Source: Candidatus Saccharimonadia bacterium (lineage in GTDB: Bacteria > Patescibacteriota > Saccharimonadia > UBA4664). From it: 59,061 bases of DNA. Shown here piece by piece: positions 27,553-38,213 of the stretch (the stretch's first letter is position 1; the number at the start of each line of letters is the position of its first letter). The position numbers were made by a program, and so were the translations under genes. The notes below the pieces were generated by a model. It was not told the DNA's origin, searched no databases, and saw only the letters and a list, made by a program, of their open reading frames with translations. The stretch covers positions 1 through 59,061 of the forward strand of contig JBBSBR010000002.1 in NCBI GenBank assembly GCA_038251135.1, written 5' to 3'.

Positions 27553-27819
27553 CTACGCGATTGCGGAGATCGGAGCGACCGTCAAGTACCACGATGAGGG
27601 GTGGTTCCAAATCCGAATCTGGCGGAGTTGAGAACATTCAGCCGAGAGACAGAAAAGTTCCGGCAGCGCAAGCCTGTAGAAGACCTTTGCGCCCTCCGGG
27701 TGATCGATCAGAAGCTGCACCGTGAATGGAAACTTTGCCAAAAATGGGTATGTCTCCACGAGCGCGCTGACTGCCGGGTTGCTGAGATCAAGCGAAATCA
27801 AGGTACTGGTGGGGTCCAT
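27553..27819 (-). CDS. Hypothetical small protein (cassette ORF 1, 88 aa)
   Basis: ATG 27819 with a GAGGA SD 6 nt upstream. It is the first gene after the consensus promoter. Confidence 0.5.
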   Translation of the reverse strand: MDPTSTLISLDLSNPAVSALVETYPFLAKFPFTVQLLIDHPEGAKVFYRLALPELFCLSAECSQLRQIRIWNHPSSWYLTVAPISAIA

Positions 27820-27873
27820 AACCCATCCTCACTTCCTGCGTAGATGAAACTCTACCGGTTTGCGGATAGACAG

Positions 27874-27903
27874 ATTATAGGCGCACTCCAAAGAATATGT
27901 CAA
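27874..27903 (-). promoter_or_regulatory. Consensus sigma70 promoter of the four-ORF cassette (TTGACA-18-TATAAT)
   Basis: On the minus strand, TTGACA is at 27903..27898 and TATAAT at 27879..27874, about 55 nt upstream of ATG 27819. Confidence 0.6.
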
Positions 27904-27978
27904 CGCGGATTTACATTATTTACAAAAATCACAAAGTAAACCGATTTTTCGGTGACGGTTTGGCGAAATGCTTCGTTT

Positions 27979-28737
27979 CTATTGCTCTTTCTCGACAAAC
28001 TCGCGGACGCTCCGAACGGTATCCAATAATTGAGCCGGGAAGACGATCGTGGAGTTCTTCTCGACCGCGATTTCGGACAGGACCTGGAGATTACGCAGCT
28101 GCAGGGCTATGGGGTGGGCGGCGATGATATCGGCCGCCTGGCCGAGCTTCGCGGCGCTCTGGAACTCCCCGTCGGCCGCAATGATCTTGGCCCGCTTCTC
28201 CCGCTCCGCCTCGGCTTGCTTGGCCATGGCCCGCTGCATGGTATCGGGCAACTGGATATCTTTGAGTTCAACACGGCTGATCTCGGCACCCCATTGTTCA
28301 GTGGTGGAGTCCAGTATGGTCTTGACCTGGGAGTTTATCTTGTCCGTATTGCTCAGGATCTCATCGAGCGGGTGCTGCCCGACTATATTGCGCACCGTGG
28401 TCTGAGCAATCTGGTTGATGGCCTGAGCGACGTTATCGATAGCCACGAGACTCTTCACCGGATCGACCACCTTGTAGTAAGCCACGGCGGCAACGCTGAT
28501 CGATACGTTGTCGCGGGAGATTACCTGCTGCGGCGGAACCGCCATGGTAATGATGCGCATGTTAACTTTGCTCAGAGTGTCGATAAACGGAATAATGATA
28601 TTCAATCCCGGTTGCCGAACGCCACCGGACACCCGGCCAAGACGAAATACGACGCCCCGCTCATACTGCTGAACTATCCGAAGACCGGCCAGAACAAGAA
28701 TAATTACAATTACCAATGCAATATATGAAATATACAT
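27979..28737 (-). CDS. SPFH/band-7 (stomatin-like) membrane protein
   Basis: 252 aa. N-terminal TM, then the typical VVFRLGR..., [11 protein letters not shown] and coiled-coil AEAEREKRA regions. Confidence 0.9.
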   Translation of the reverse strand: MYISYIALVIVIILVLAGLRIVQQYERGVVFRLGRVSGGVRQPGLNIIIPFIDTLSKVNMRIITMAVPPQQVISRDNVSISVAAVAYYKVVDPVKSLVAIDNVAQAINQIAQTTVRNIVGQHPLDEILSNTDKINSQVKTILDSTTEQWGAEISRVELKDIQLPDTMQRAMAKQAEAEREKRAKIIAADGEFQSAAKLGQAADIIAAHPIALQLRNLQVLSEIAVEKNSTIVFPAQLLDTVRSVREFVEKEQ

Positions 28738-28796
28738 GTGAGCTCCTTGGCTAATAGAGCTTTATTCTGCGCCCAGCCAAGGTGTTTTACAACTGG

Positions 28797-30074
28797 CTAA
28801 GTTATATGAAAGCGCAGGCGAATCTCGGCCCCAACCTCGCTGAGATTGAGTGTCTCCTGGGCGCCGGAGGTCATGTCGCGCAACAGAACGGTACCGTCCT
28901 GAACCTCCTTCTGACCGATAATCACGGCATACGGCACGCCCAGCTTGTCGGCTCGCGCCAACTGGGCGCCGATGCCGTCGCGGTCGACGGATCCTGTAGC
29001 CGGCACGCCCGCATCCAGGAGCTGCTCGATCAATCTGAAGGCTGCCAGACGGGCGGGTTCGCCCAAGCTCGCAACATAAACCCGTTTCTGCTGCGGAAGT
29101 TCCGGGAGCGAGCCCGTTGTCTCCAGCTCCAAGATAATCCGTTCGATACCGGCGGCGAATCCGACGGCCGGCGTAGGCTGGCCGCCAAGCGTTTCAAGCA
29201 GTGCGTCAAAGCGTCCGCCGCCACCCAAGGCGGACTGGGCGCCCTCCCGCTCACCGTAAAACTCAAAAACTGTCCGGGTGTAGTAATCGAGGCCGCGTAC
29301 CAGGAGCGGGTTGAGTTCGTAACTGATTCCCAAGTCGTCGAGATACTCCAATACGCCGGCAAAATGAGTCTGGCAATCATCGCACAAATAATTTAGTGTC
29401 TGAGGCGCATCACCCAAGATCACCTGCGTACTTGCCTCTTTGGAGTCGAGAACCCGCAACGGATTCTTCTTGAGCCGTTCGCGATCGATCTCGGCCAGCT
29501 GTTTAACGTTGGCCTCGAGGTACTCTATCAGGGCCTTTTTGAACTTGGGGCGGCAGGCGCCGTCGCCGATTGAATTGATTTGCAGGGTTACTCCCGACAG
29601 ACGAAGCCGCTTGTAGAGGCGCTGAACCAAGACAATGAGCTGGGCGTCGACGCTCGGATTGCCGTCGCCAAAGACTTCGGCTCCCAGTTGCTTGTGCTGG
29701 CGGAAGCGGCCCTCTTGCGGTCGGTCATAGCGAAACATCTCTTCGATGTAGTAGAGGCGTACGGGCTGCGGCAGGGATCCCATGCCGTGCTCGATAAAGG
29801 CTCGCGCTATCGCGGCGGTGCCTTCGGGACGGAGAGCCAGCTTCTTGTCTGAGCGGTCAACGAGCGAGTAAAGCTCTTTGTCGACCAGATCTGTCCCCTG
29901 CCCTTGAGAGCGCGTAAAAACGCCTTCATCTTCCAATATCGGAGTCTCGATGCGGCCGTATCCGGCGTCTTTGGCTATCTGTTCAAAGGCTCCGATCACA
30001 TAATCAAAGTAGGGTCGGCGCTCCGGCAGGATGTCGTACATTCCGCGAACAGTTTGAAACTGGGATTTTGCCAC
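28797..30074 (-). CDS. hisS: Histidyl-tRNA synthetase
   Basis: 425 aa with class II motifs (MFRYDRPQEGRFRQH, GGGRFD). GTG start with a GAGGAG SD. Confidence 0.95.
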   Translation of the reverse strand: MAKSQFQTVRGMYDILPERRPYFDYVIGAFEQIAKDAGYGRIETPILEDEGVFTRSQGQGTDLVDKELYSLVDRSDKKLALRPEGTAAIARAFIEHGMGSLPQPVRLYYIEEMFRYDRPQEGRFRQHKQLGAEVFGDGNPSVDAQLIVLVQRLYKRLRLSGVTLQINSIGDGACRPKFKKALIEYLEANVKQLAEIDRERLKKNPLRVLDSKEASTQVILGDAPQTLNYLCDDCQTHFAGVLEYLDDLGISYELNPLLVRGLDYYTRTVFEFYGEREGAQSALGGGGRFDALLETLGGQPTPAVGFAAGIERIILELETTGSLPELPQQKRVYVASLGEPARLAAFRLIEQLLDAGVPATGSVDRDGIGAQLARADKLGVPYAVIIGQKEVQDGTVLLRDMTSGAQETLNLSEVGAEIRLRFHIT

Positions 30075-30216
30075 TAATGCTCCTCTACTCGACGTTATAC
30101 GATCGCAGCCATAGCCTAAGCCGAATTAAAATTATTGCAAGGTCTGCGAAATTCGAGTCTAGCTGAGCGTCAGCGTAACATAAGCTTGGGTCCGTGATCA
30201 AGCCGTTCGGGAGCCT

Positions 30217-32376
30217 CTAAACGCGGTTGACGGCCAGTACCCCGGAGAGGCGTTCGAGCTCACGAATGAGCCCGGCCAGAACAAACAGGTCGGCCACTTC
30301 CACAACCACGCTTACCTCGGATTCAAGGCCTTCCGGTTGATCCTCGCTCCGAATCGAACCGATGTTTATCCGTCGCCTGGAGAGAATGCCCGTAATGTCC
30401 GACAGTAAGCCGATGCGGTTAAAGGCGTTGATCTGGATCCGGCATACAAGGCGCTCGGCCACCTCATCCAGCGTCTCCCAGGTACAGGCCACATACCGTT
30501 CGGCATCGGTCGGCAGGTTTAGGCATTTCAGCGTGTGTACCGTTACGCCCTTGCCGCGGGTGATATAGCCGACGATCGGTTGCGGAAAGACCGGCGAACA
30601 GCATGGCGCCATGACGAATCCCGATATCGTCCCGTCGCCGACGATAACATGCCCGGTCGGTTCGACTCGCCTGACCACCGGAACGGCTGTCGGCTTACCG
30701 GCATCGGGGATTAGACGGCGCAACGCCTGATTAACCGAGATGTTACCTTCCCCGATCGCCGCCAACATATCTTCTGCCGCATGCAAATTCAGGTCCTCAA
30801 GCGTATCGTTGAGCTGTCGAACCGGTACGTCCTCGAGGCGCTTCAGTCCCCACGTTTTAAGCTCAGCTTCGAGCAATGTGCGCCCGGTTGCGACATTGGC
30901 GTCACGGCTGGCAAGTCTAAACCAGGCCTTGATACGGTTGCGGGCATGGGGCGTCTGCACGAAATTCAGCCAGTCGCGGTTTGGTCCCGGCTCGCGTTTC
31001 GTCAGAATCTCAACGACATCGCGGTTTTCGAGCTTGGTATCGAGCGTCACCAGGCGGCCGTTCACCTTGGCACCCATTGTCTTCAAGCCGATATCCGAAT
31101 GGATGGCAAAGGCAAAATCAACCGGCGTAGCGCCTTCGGCCAGATCGTAGAGATCGCCTCGCGGCGAAAACACGAAAATACGGTCATGAAAGAGTTCCAA
31201 TCGTGCGGTATCCGCAAACTCTTGACCCGTACTGCTAGCCGAGAGAGCCGTCAGTTCATTGACCCACTTCATATGATCGGGCAGCGATTTGGCCCCCGAG
31301 CGTTGAACGTAATTATCGGATGACTTCGAAGCGTCATAGTAGAAGTGGGCCGCAACCCCGTGTTCGGCCTCGTCATGCATCTTCAAAGTCCGAATCTGAA
31401 TCTCCGATATGTAGCCGTCCAGACCAAACACGGTCGTGTGCAGACTCTGGTAGCCATTGGGCTTCGGAACGGCAATGTAATCCTTGATACGGTAAATGAG
31501 CGGTTTGTACTCTTGATGAATCGCACCGAGAGCTTTATAGCAATCCGAGACATCATTAAGGATGATCCGCAGCGCAAACAGGTCGTAAATCTTGTCGATA
31601 TCCCCTCCGGTCTTGGCCAGCTTCTTGTAAATGCTGTACAGGTTCTTGTGCCGGCCCTCGATGCTGATCGGAGTAATGTTGTTGACGGTCAAATTATCCT
31701 TGATTGCCCGCTTAAACCGAGCCAGATAGCGATCCGATTTGCCGGCCGTCGCTGCCACCATGGCTTTGATACGCAAATACTCCTCGGGTTTCCAATAGCG
31801 AAAACTCAAGTCTTCCAGCTCGCTCTTGAGCTCGCCCATACCAAGGCGGTCGGCAACCGGTGCAAATATTTCCAGGCTTTCGCGCGCGATGCGAACCCGC
31901 TGATCCGGCTTGAGGTACTCGAGCGTCCGCAAATTATGAAGACGGTCGGCCAGTTTGATCAGGATTACGCGAAAATCACGCCCGGAAGCGAGCAGAAGTT
32001 TGCGCAGATTTTCATTCGATATCTCGAGGCGCGCGCTCGAAGCATCCGGACTTGGCAGCGATTCGATTGCCGCCAGCTTAGTCAGTCCGTCGACCAACTC
32101 GGCGACGGTCGCGCCGAAAAGCTTGGTAATCTCCGTATTGGTTATGTCGGTATCTTCGACGACATCGTGCAGCAAAGCGGCCATAATCGCCTCGTGATCC
32201 AACCCCCAGGCGGCCACCGTCTGGGCGACGGCCATCGGGTGGACGATGTAATCATCTCCGCTCTTGCGTTTTTGGCCTTCGTGAGCCTTTTGTGCATAAT
32301 CAAACGCTGCTAGAATCAAATCATTTTGGATTTTCGAGAAGCGATTTTCGTCATATTGAATACTTATCTTATTCAT
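30217..32376 (-). CDS. rel: Bifunctional (p)ppGpp synthetase/hydrolase (RelA/SpoT homologue)
   Basis: 719 aa. HD motif HDVVEDT, synthetase region YQSLHTTV, and TGS and ACT-like C-terminal domains. Confidence 0.93.
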   Translation of the reverse strand: MNKISIQYDENRFSKIQNDLILAAFDYAQKAHEGQKRKSGDDYIVHPMAVAQTVAAWGLDHEAIMAALLHDVVEDTDITNTEITKLFGATVAELVDGLTKLAAIESLPSPDASSARLEISNENLRKLLLASGRDFRVILIKLADRLHNLRTLEYLKPDQRVRIARESLEIFAPVADRLGMGELKSELEDLSFRYWKPEEYLRIKAMVAATAGKSDRYLARFKRAIKDNLTVNNITPISIEGRHKNLYSIYKKLAKTGGDIDKIYDLFALRIILNDVSDCYKALGAIHQEYKPLIYRIKDYIAVPKPNGYQSLHTTVFGLDGYISEIQIRTLKMHDEAEHGVAAHFYYDASKSSDNYVQRSGAKSLPDHMKWVNELTALSASSTGQEFADTARLELFHDRIFVFSPRGDLYDLAEGATPVDFAFAIHSDIGLKTMGAKVNGRLVTLDTKLENRDVVEILTKREPGPNRDWLNFVQTPHARNRIKAWFRLASRDANVATGRTLLEAELKTWGLKRLEDVPVRQLNDTLEDLNLHAAEDMLAAIGEGNISVNQALRRLIPDAGKPTAVPVVRRVEPTGHVIVGDGTISGFVMAPCCSPVFPQPIVGYITRGKGVTVHTLKCLNLPTDAERYVACTWETLDEVAERLVCRIQINAFNRIGLLSDITGILSRRRINIGSIRSEDQPEGLESEVSVVVEVADLFVLAGLIRELERLSGVLAVNRV

Positions 32377-34048
32377 AGCGAATATCCTGGATGTTCAACT
32401 GGAGTGATGCGCGTCCTTGATACTCATTCTTGTTCAAACTGCCGACTACGCAGACATCCTGCCCAGGCTCAACGTCGCCTAACCGCTCGGCCAAGCCGAA
32501 ACCGATTCCATCCAGCGTACTGCCGGTGTAATCGCCGAGAACCAGTTTGAGATGCGAACTATCTTTACCGATGCGTCGGATCTGACGGACAGCGGCGTTA
32601 ATCTCCAGCAAGGGTTCAATGTTTCCCGCACCGTACGGCTCCAATAGCGCCAAGTCTTCCAGGAGCGGCCAGTCGATGTCGCCGAGGCTGCCCAGTGTAA
32701 CGTCGGCACTGACTACTGGCCGTTCGGCGTTCGCACCGTAATGTTTACGATAATATTCGTTAAGTCGCTCTCTGAACTCACCAAGCCGCTCGGTCGGCAG
32801 CGTAAACCCGGCAGCGTAGAAATGGCCGCCGTACTTGATCAATAAATCGTCGCAATTTCGTAAGGCTTCGACCATATTGAACTCGTTCCGACTCCGCGCC
32901 GAACCCTTGGTAGTAACGCCCATCGTCTGAGCCACCAAAGTCGGTTTATTGAGGCGTTCGGACAACTTTGAGGCGGCAATTCCAACCACTCCGTGCGACC
33001 ACTCGGGATCGGCCAGCACCAGGATGGGGTCGGTTTCAAAGTCCGACGCCTGCGCGAGAGCTTGCTTGACGATCATTTCCTGATTGGTCCGGCGCTGACG
33101 GTTCAAAATATCGAGTTCCTCGGCGATGAGCACCGCCTCCGGCATCGAAGCCGTCTGCAGCAGCTGCAGACTGCGCGAGGCGTGCTCCAAGCGACCGGCG
33201 GCATTGAGGCGCGGCCCCAGGACGAAGCCCAGATGGCGCGACCCGATTTCCGCAATGTCGATCTCGCCGACATTGGCGAGCGCCCGAATCCCCGCCCTTC
33301 GTGTCTGCCTCATAACCTTGAGGCCGTAACTCACCAAGACTCGGTTCTCTCCGACCAACGGCACGACGTCGCAAACGGTTCCCAGGGCTACCAGGTCGAG
33401 CAGCCACTTCTCCTGACCTGAGGCCGGCCGGCCGGTCCGATGCTGCAGCGCCTGGACCAGCTTAAAGGCCACTCCGGCGCCGCAGAGATCCTTGAAGGGG
33501 TATTTATCGTCCGGGCGGTGAGGATTTATAACCGCGACCGCCGACGGAATTTCGGCCGGAACCGAATGATGATCGGTAATTATCAGGTCTAGTCCGTGCT
33601 CGCTCGCCCAGGCTGCCTCGGCTAGGCTCGTAATGCCGCAATCCACGCTCACGACCAAGTCAATCCCTTCACTTTTCAGATACCGCAACGCCTCAAGGTT
33701 AATGCCGTAGCCCTCCTCGAAGCGATCCGGAATGTAGCTGCGTGCAACAATCCCCTGGGCCGCCAGCCCCTCCGTCAAAACCGCACTGGCGGTAATACCG
33801 TCGATATCGTAGTCGCCATAGACGGCAACCTGCTCGCCGCGCTCGGCCGCCAGAACGATCCGGTCGACCGCCGGCTCCATGTCGGTCATCAGAAATGGGT
33901 CGTGAATATCTCGATCGTAGTCGGGGCTAAGAAATATTTCCATCTGATCGTCAGAAAATCCCCGCTGCTTCAGGATTTGTGCGATTACGGGGTTCTGCGG
34001 TTTAACCGGGATGCTTTTTGCAACTGCCATTGATACCCAGTATACCAA
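32369..34048 (-). CDS. recJ: Single-stranded-DNA exonuclease RecJ
   Basis: 559 aa. DHH motifs (YGDYDIDGITA, VSVDCG, ITDHH) and a DHHA1 region. The start may be ATG 34030 rather than TTG 34048. 8-nt overlap with rel. Confidence 0.9.
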   Translation of the reverse strand: MVYWVSMAVAKSIPVKPQNPVIAQILKQRGFSDDQMEIFLSPDYDRDIHDPFLMTDMEPAVDRIVLAAERGEQVAVYGDYDIDGITASAVLTEGLAAQGIVARSYIPDRFEEGYGINLEALRYLKSEGIDLVVSVDCGITSLAEAAWASEHGLDLIITDHHSVPAEIPSAVAVINPHRPDDKYPFKDLCGAGVAFKLVQALQHRTGRPASGQEKWLLDLVALGTVCDVVPLVGENRVLVSYGLKVMRQTRRAGIRALANVGEIDIAEIGSRHLGFVLGPRLNAAGRLEHASRSLQLLQTASMPEAVLIAEELDILNRQRRTNQEMIVKQALAQASDFETDPILVLADPEWSHGVVGIAASKLSERLNKPTLVAQTMGVTTKGSARSRNEFNMVEALRNCDDLLIKYGGHFYAAGFTLPTERLGEFRERLNEYYRKHYGANAERPVVSADVTLGSLGDIDWPLLEDLALLEPYGAGNIEPLLEINAAVRQIRRIGKDSSHLKLVLGDYTGSTLDGIGFGLAERLGDVEPGQDVCVVGSLNKNEYQGRASLQLNIQDIRYE

Positions 34049-34086
34049 ATGATCAAAAAAATGAGTCCGGAAGGTACCCTCCGGAC

Positions 34087-34425
34087 TCAGGGCTCAGGTA
34101 ACTGAGCAATCAGAATGTTAGTTTGCCGTCTGACGGTCAGCAACCGACCCGCGAAATCGGCTCTTTTCATAACTGAAACCTCGGGATATAGCCGGTCGCA
34201 CTGCGTTATGATCGTACCGAGAAAGCGCCGAAGTTGCCCGATGTTGTCGGAGGTGCTCTCGGCGAGGTTAACTTTGAGCTCGAGCAGCGACAGTCGGTCA
34301 TCGATAGTTTTTGCATCGAGTTCCTTCGCGCGGGCTCGAAAGGTCTCTGACTTAACCTTGATGCGGACAGCTCGCTCACGATGACGTCGCAAAAACCAAG
34401 ACCGCCGAGTCTTAATCTCCGCCAT
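34087..34425 (-). CDS. Hypothetical protein (basic N-terminus, helical)
   Basis: 112-aa ORF. GAGGAGG SD before ATG 34425. Confidence 0.5.
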   Translation of the reverse strand: MAEIKTRRSWFLRRHRERAVRIKVKSETFRARAKELDAKTIDDRLSLLELKVNLAESTSDNIGQLRRFLGTIITQCDRLYPEVSVMKRADFAGRLLTVRRQTNILIAQLPEP

Positions 34426-34660
34426 GGCGGTACACCTCCTCGCGCCTGGAAGGACAACACGGCAAAACGCCGTGCGTATTCATATACTAAGCACGCTGGC
34501 CGACGGTGGCAAGTCTAGTATTTGCGCGCGAGAAAAAAGAAGTTGGGGTCGCTACGGCGTACGAAGCCGGGCGGCGGCTCGGGATTATAGCGTACCTGCG
34601 GTGCGGTATAGGTATATCGTTTGGCCGGGCGGCGCACGATGAATTGCGCCAATAGCTTAA

Positions 34661-34945
34661 TCATATGCTAGCCCCTCCGCGGCGAGCCTGACTCTTTAGC
34701 ACTATGGCCTGCAGCTCCCGGTAGAGTGCAAATTTCGGATTGGCGGCGTAAACCTTGGAATTACCCTCGTTCGTGACCTTCACGAAACCAACCTCGCTCA
34801 GACGCTTGAGTTCGCGCTGAACGTTGCCGGGGTCTTCTTTGATCATCTTGGCCAAACCGCGGACATGCATACGAAAGTCGGGGTACTTCGTATAGACGAC
34901 GATAATCTTGCGGCGGGTTTTGGATGTAATAAATAGTTCTAGCAT
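34661..34945 (-). CDS. Winged-helix (ArsR/MarR-like) transcriptional regulator
   Basis: 94 aa. HVRGLAKMIKEDPGNVQRELKRLSEVGFVKV is an HTH plus wing pattern. Confidence 0.65.
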   Translation of the reverse strand: MLELFITSKTRRKIIVVYTKYPDFRMHVRGLAKMIKEDPGNVQRELKRLSEVGFVKVTNEGNSKVYAANPKFALYRELQAIVLKSQARRGGASI

Positions 34946-35204
34946 TTTTAACGTTTTTATTTTTATTCGTTAGTACCTACACCATACACAAAGCATAAGA
35001 ACAATGCAAGTACTTTTTACAACGTTTACTTATAATCACCGATCAAGGCCGAATTTCGCCTTGAGAACCTCCGTCAACGCCGGGAATTCGCCATCTTCCC
35101 TCGAGATTATGCACCTGCATGACATGCAAAGTTATACCGGCCCTAACAACCGACGTCGGCAAGAGGCATGAGAGTCAGACCGAAACGATTCTTAGACGAA
35201 GTAA

Positions 35205-36122
35205 CTACCCCTTGGCAGGCTTCTTCGATTCCTTGACCTTACGGTTGAGCTTGAAGTTATGCCAAGTCACGAGCAGCGGTGATGCGTTGAAGATCGATGA
35301 GTAGGTTCCCGAAGCAATACCGATGAGTAGTGCCAAGACAAAGTAGTGGATCGATTGGCCACCAAACAGCAACAGAGCTAGTAACGTAAAGAGCACGGTT
35401 AGCGAGGTGTTGACCGAGCGAGCAAAGGTCTCAAGGATACTGTCGTTTACAATGTGCTCGAAAGTTCCCTTTTCGCGCCGCAGGTTCTCGCGAATTCGGT
35501 CGAAGACCACAATGGTATCGTGTACCGAGAAGCCGATGACGGTCAAGATAGCCGTCACGAATAAAGCATCGATCTCAACCCCGAAGAAATGCCCGAGGAT
35601 GGAGAAGACTCCGAGCACGAACAACGCGTCGTGCAGGAGCGCGGCGATAGCGACCACGCCGAACGACAGCGGACTGACCGGCTGCGGTGCGTTGCGGAAG
35701 GCAAATGCAATATAGGCGACGATTGCCAAAGATACCAGAATCAAACTGATGATCGCACTTTGAGCAATATCTTTGGAGACGGTGGGACCGACCGAGTCAA
35801 AGCTCAGCTCTTCGATACCCTTAGATGCCAGGTCGGTCTTAAACTTCTCGTGATTGGCTTCATGTTGAGCCTGCGGCGTCGGGTCGGTGAAGCGAATCTG
35901 CGTCTGATTACCAGCTACAACAATCTGAACGTCCTTAAATCCGGCATCACTTGCCACGGTCCTAATTACCGCCGCGTTCGGATCGCCGGCAACCGTACTC
36001 ATCTGCCCTGAACGGAAATCGATACCCAAGTTAAGACCGTAAACAAACAATGATATGAGACCGGGGACGATCATCAAGAACGAGATCGAATACCATATTT
36101 TGCGTCTGCCAATGATATTCAT
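35205..36122 (-). CDS. secF: Protein translocase subunit SecF
   Basis: 305 aa, 6-TM SecD/SecF fold. Adjacent to secD. Confidence 0.92.
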   Translation of the reverse strand: MNIIGRRKIWYSISFLMIVPGLISLFVYGLNLGIDFRSGQMSTVAGDPNAAVIRTVASDAGFKDVQIVVAGNQTQIRFTDPTPQAQHEANHEKFKTDLASKGIEELSFDSVGPTVSKDIAQSAIISLILVSLAIVAYIAFAFRNAPQPVSPLSFGVVAIAALLHDALFVLGVFSILGHFFGVEIDALFVTAILTVIGFSVHDTIVVFDRIRENLRREKGTFEHIVNDSILETFARSVNTSLTVLFTLLALLLFGGQSIHYFVLALLIGIASGTYSSIFNASPLLVTWHNFKLNRKVKESKKPAKG

Positions 36123-37450
36123 TATTCGACATCCTCCGTCTTAACGCCGTACCACTTCGGATTCCTGCCCCACGCTTGGCGAATGGTCAGGCGCAAAAAC
36201 GTCCGCGTTACGACCACGGCCGTAAAGAGCGACACCAGGACGCCCAGACCCAAGGTAACGGCGAATCCGCGGATGATCGGCGTCGAGCCGGAACTCATGT
36301 AGAGGATAGTGCAGGTAATCAATGTCGATACGTTCGAGTCGCGAATACTCGTCCATGCACGGTCGAAGGCCGCCTCAGTTGCCGCCACAAACGACTTGCC
36401 GGCCCGAAGCTCTTCTTTCAGCCGTTCAAAGATCAATATGTTGGCGTCGACCGCCATGCCGATACTCAGGATAAATCCGGCAATCCCGGCCAATGTCAGG
36501 ACGATCGTATAGCCCGGGAGGAAAGCGCTGAGCTTATAGAGGGTAATCGTGGTCGTGGTGTAGATAAACAGCGCCCCGACGGCGAGCACCCCGGCCAGGC
36601 GGTAGTACAGGAGCATGAACAGCGCCACGATAGTAAGTCCGATAACGCCGGCAACGAAGGACTTGGATACACTCTCTTTGCCGAGCGTCGGGCCGACCGT
36701 CCGCTGCTCGACAAGCGTAACTGACACCGGTAGGGCTCCCGCATTGATCAGGTCGGCGGTGTCTTTGGCGGTCTGGATCGTAAAGTTGCCCTGGAGCTGA
36801 GCGGTACCGTCGAGAATCGGCGTCGAAACGGTAGCCGGTCCGAATACGACATCCTGGTCCAGCAGGGTCACAAGGCGGGTCGAATTCTGATTGATGCGGG
36901 TCGTCACCTCGCCGAAACGCTTCGTGGCGTCGCCGCTCTTAAGCTGCAAACGCACGATCGGCTGGGAGGTCTGGGGGTCGTAGTCGGCGGTGGCCGATTC
37001 GACGTCGTTGCCGGTAATACCGGTCGGGGTCTCGGCGCCGGTGGTGGGATTTATCTCAAGAAATACCAGGTTGCCGGTCTTGCCGATCCGCGCAATTGCG
37101 GCGGCGATGTCCTTCTCGCCCGGCAGGCTGATGATGATCCGGTCGCTTCCCTGCCGCTGAACCACCACTTCGCTCGTGCCGCCTGGATTCGCGCGTTTCT
37201 GCATCACCGTCACGAGCTGCTGCATAGAGGTATCGCGCTTGGAGGCGGGTACTTTAGATAGATCAGCCTGGAAGACGAGCTGTGCGCCACCCTGGAGGTC
37301 GAGGCCCTGCTTGACCTGCATCGTGACGTTCTTCAGTCCGAACAACTTAAAGACCTTGTCTTCGCGCGGCAGCGCAATCAAGGTCGTCACTAAAGCCAGA
37401 ACCAGAATTAAGGCAAACTTAACGCGTAAACTCATATCGCTCATGATCAT
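36122..37450 (-). CDS. secD: Protein translocase subunit SecD
   Basis: 442 aa. Periplasmic P1 domain plus a C-terminal 5-6 TM bundle. Confidence 0.92.
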   Translation of the reverse strand: MIMSDMSLRVKFALILVLALVTTLIALPREDKVFKLFGLKNVTMQVKQGLDLQGGAQLVFQADLSKVPASKRDTSMQQLVTVMQKRANPGGTSEVVVQRQGSDRIIISLPGEKDIAAAIARIGKTGNLVFLEINPTTGAETPTGITGNDVESATADYDPQTSQPIVRLQLKSGDATKRFGEVTTRINQNSTRLVTLLDQDVVFGPATVSTPILDGTAQLQGNFTIQTAKDTADLINAGALPVSVTLVEQRTVGPTLGKESVSKSFVAGVIGLTIVALFMLLYYRLAGVLAVGALFIYTTTTITLYKLSAFLPGYTIVLTLAGIAGFILSIGMAVDANILIFERLKEELRAGKSFVAATEAAFDRAWTSIRDSNVSTLITCTILYMSSGSTPIIRGFAVTLGLGVLVSLFTAVVVTRTFLRLTIRQAWGRNPKWYGVKTEDVE

Positions 37451-37500
37451 ACCTGATATCAGATTAGAGCGTCAATGCGAGTATTCCGCCCGGAGCCGAA

Positions 37501-38157
37501 TTAAACCCAGCGCGTCACTATATTATCGAGCCGTTCCTTGACCGCTGCAGCGTCGATGTGATCTTCGTCGGTGTAATAGTGGGATACGGTAAAGACACTC
37601 TCCGGGATGTAAAGATAATGCATTTCGTCGAGGCGCTGGTTGAGGCGCTCGATGGTCTCGCCGGGGCCGACCGGTATGGCGCCGATGCGCTTTTCGACAT
37701 GGATACGATCGAGAAAATGAAAGGCGGCATCAAATGACAGGCCGTTCTTCACGCCGTCGGTGACAATAATGATATTGCGGCCTTCGAGCTGAGACGGGTC
37801 GGCTAGCCCGTGATCACCGAGAACGGTCGTCATATCATAAAAATGACGCAACTTCTCCTCTTCAACCCAGTTACGCATGTCCTCCAGATACTCCTCCATG
37901 ACGCCCGCGGGTATCATTGAGTTGTAATTAAAAACTCCCCCCTGATCCATCGTCCCGATCACAAGCGAAGCGTCACCCGGTGCGGTAATGCGTGATGTCA
38001 GCAGCAGTGAGAGCGAGCAGTGCAGGCGGCGGGCGATCTGCTCGCCGACCACCACCCCACCCGGCGAAAGCGCCAGCACGGCGGTATTTTCGTAGCGATA
38101 GGCCTCGAGAAGATTAGCCAATAATTCGCCTGCTTGAGCGCGGTCATGAAAATACAT
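37501..38157 (-). CDS. Phosphoribosyltransferase-family protein
   Basis: 218 aa. PRTase pattern VLALSPGGVVVGEQIA and a PRPP-loop-like IIIVTDGVKNGLS. Confidence 0.7.
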   Translation of the reverse strand: MYFHDRAQAGELLANLLEAYRYENTAVLALSPGGVVVGEQIARRLHCSLSLLLTSRITAPGDASLVIGTMDQGGVFNYNSMIPAGVMEEYLEDMRNWVEEEKLRHFYDMTTVLGDHGLADPSQLEGRNIIIVTDGVKNGLSFDAAFHFLDRIHVEKRIGAIPVGPGETIERLNQRLDEMHYLYIPESVFTVSHYYTDEDHIDAAAVKERLDNIVTRWV

Positions 38158-38213
38158 AATCTAAGCATAACAGGCTTCAGCACAATTTTGCCACTATACT
38201 CTATAATGCCTAT

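Noticed and set aside
27979-28737. SPFH protein as part of an SPFH-NfeD pair or a defence-type module.
   Set aside because: No NfeD-like membrane protease or partner gene is adjacent. The neighbours are hisS and an independently promoted cassette. It looks like an ordinary stand-alone stomatin homologue.
30075-30216. Possible T-box upstream of hisS.
   Set aside because: The 140-nt spacer contains no GGGUGGUACC-type T-box sequence and no antiterminator fold. It holds only an SD and a GTG start.
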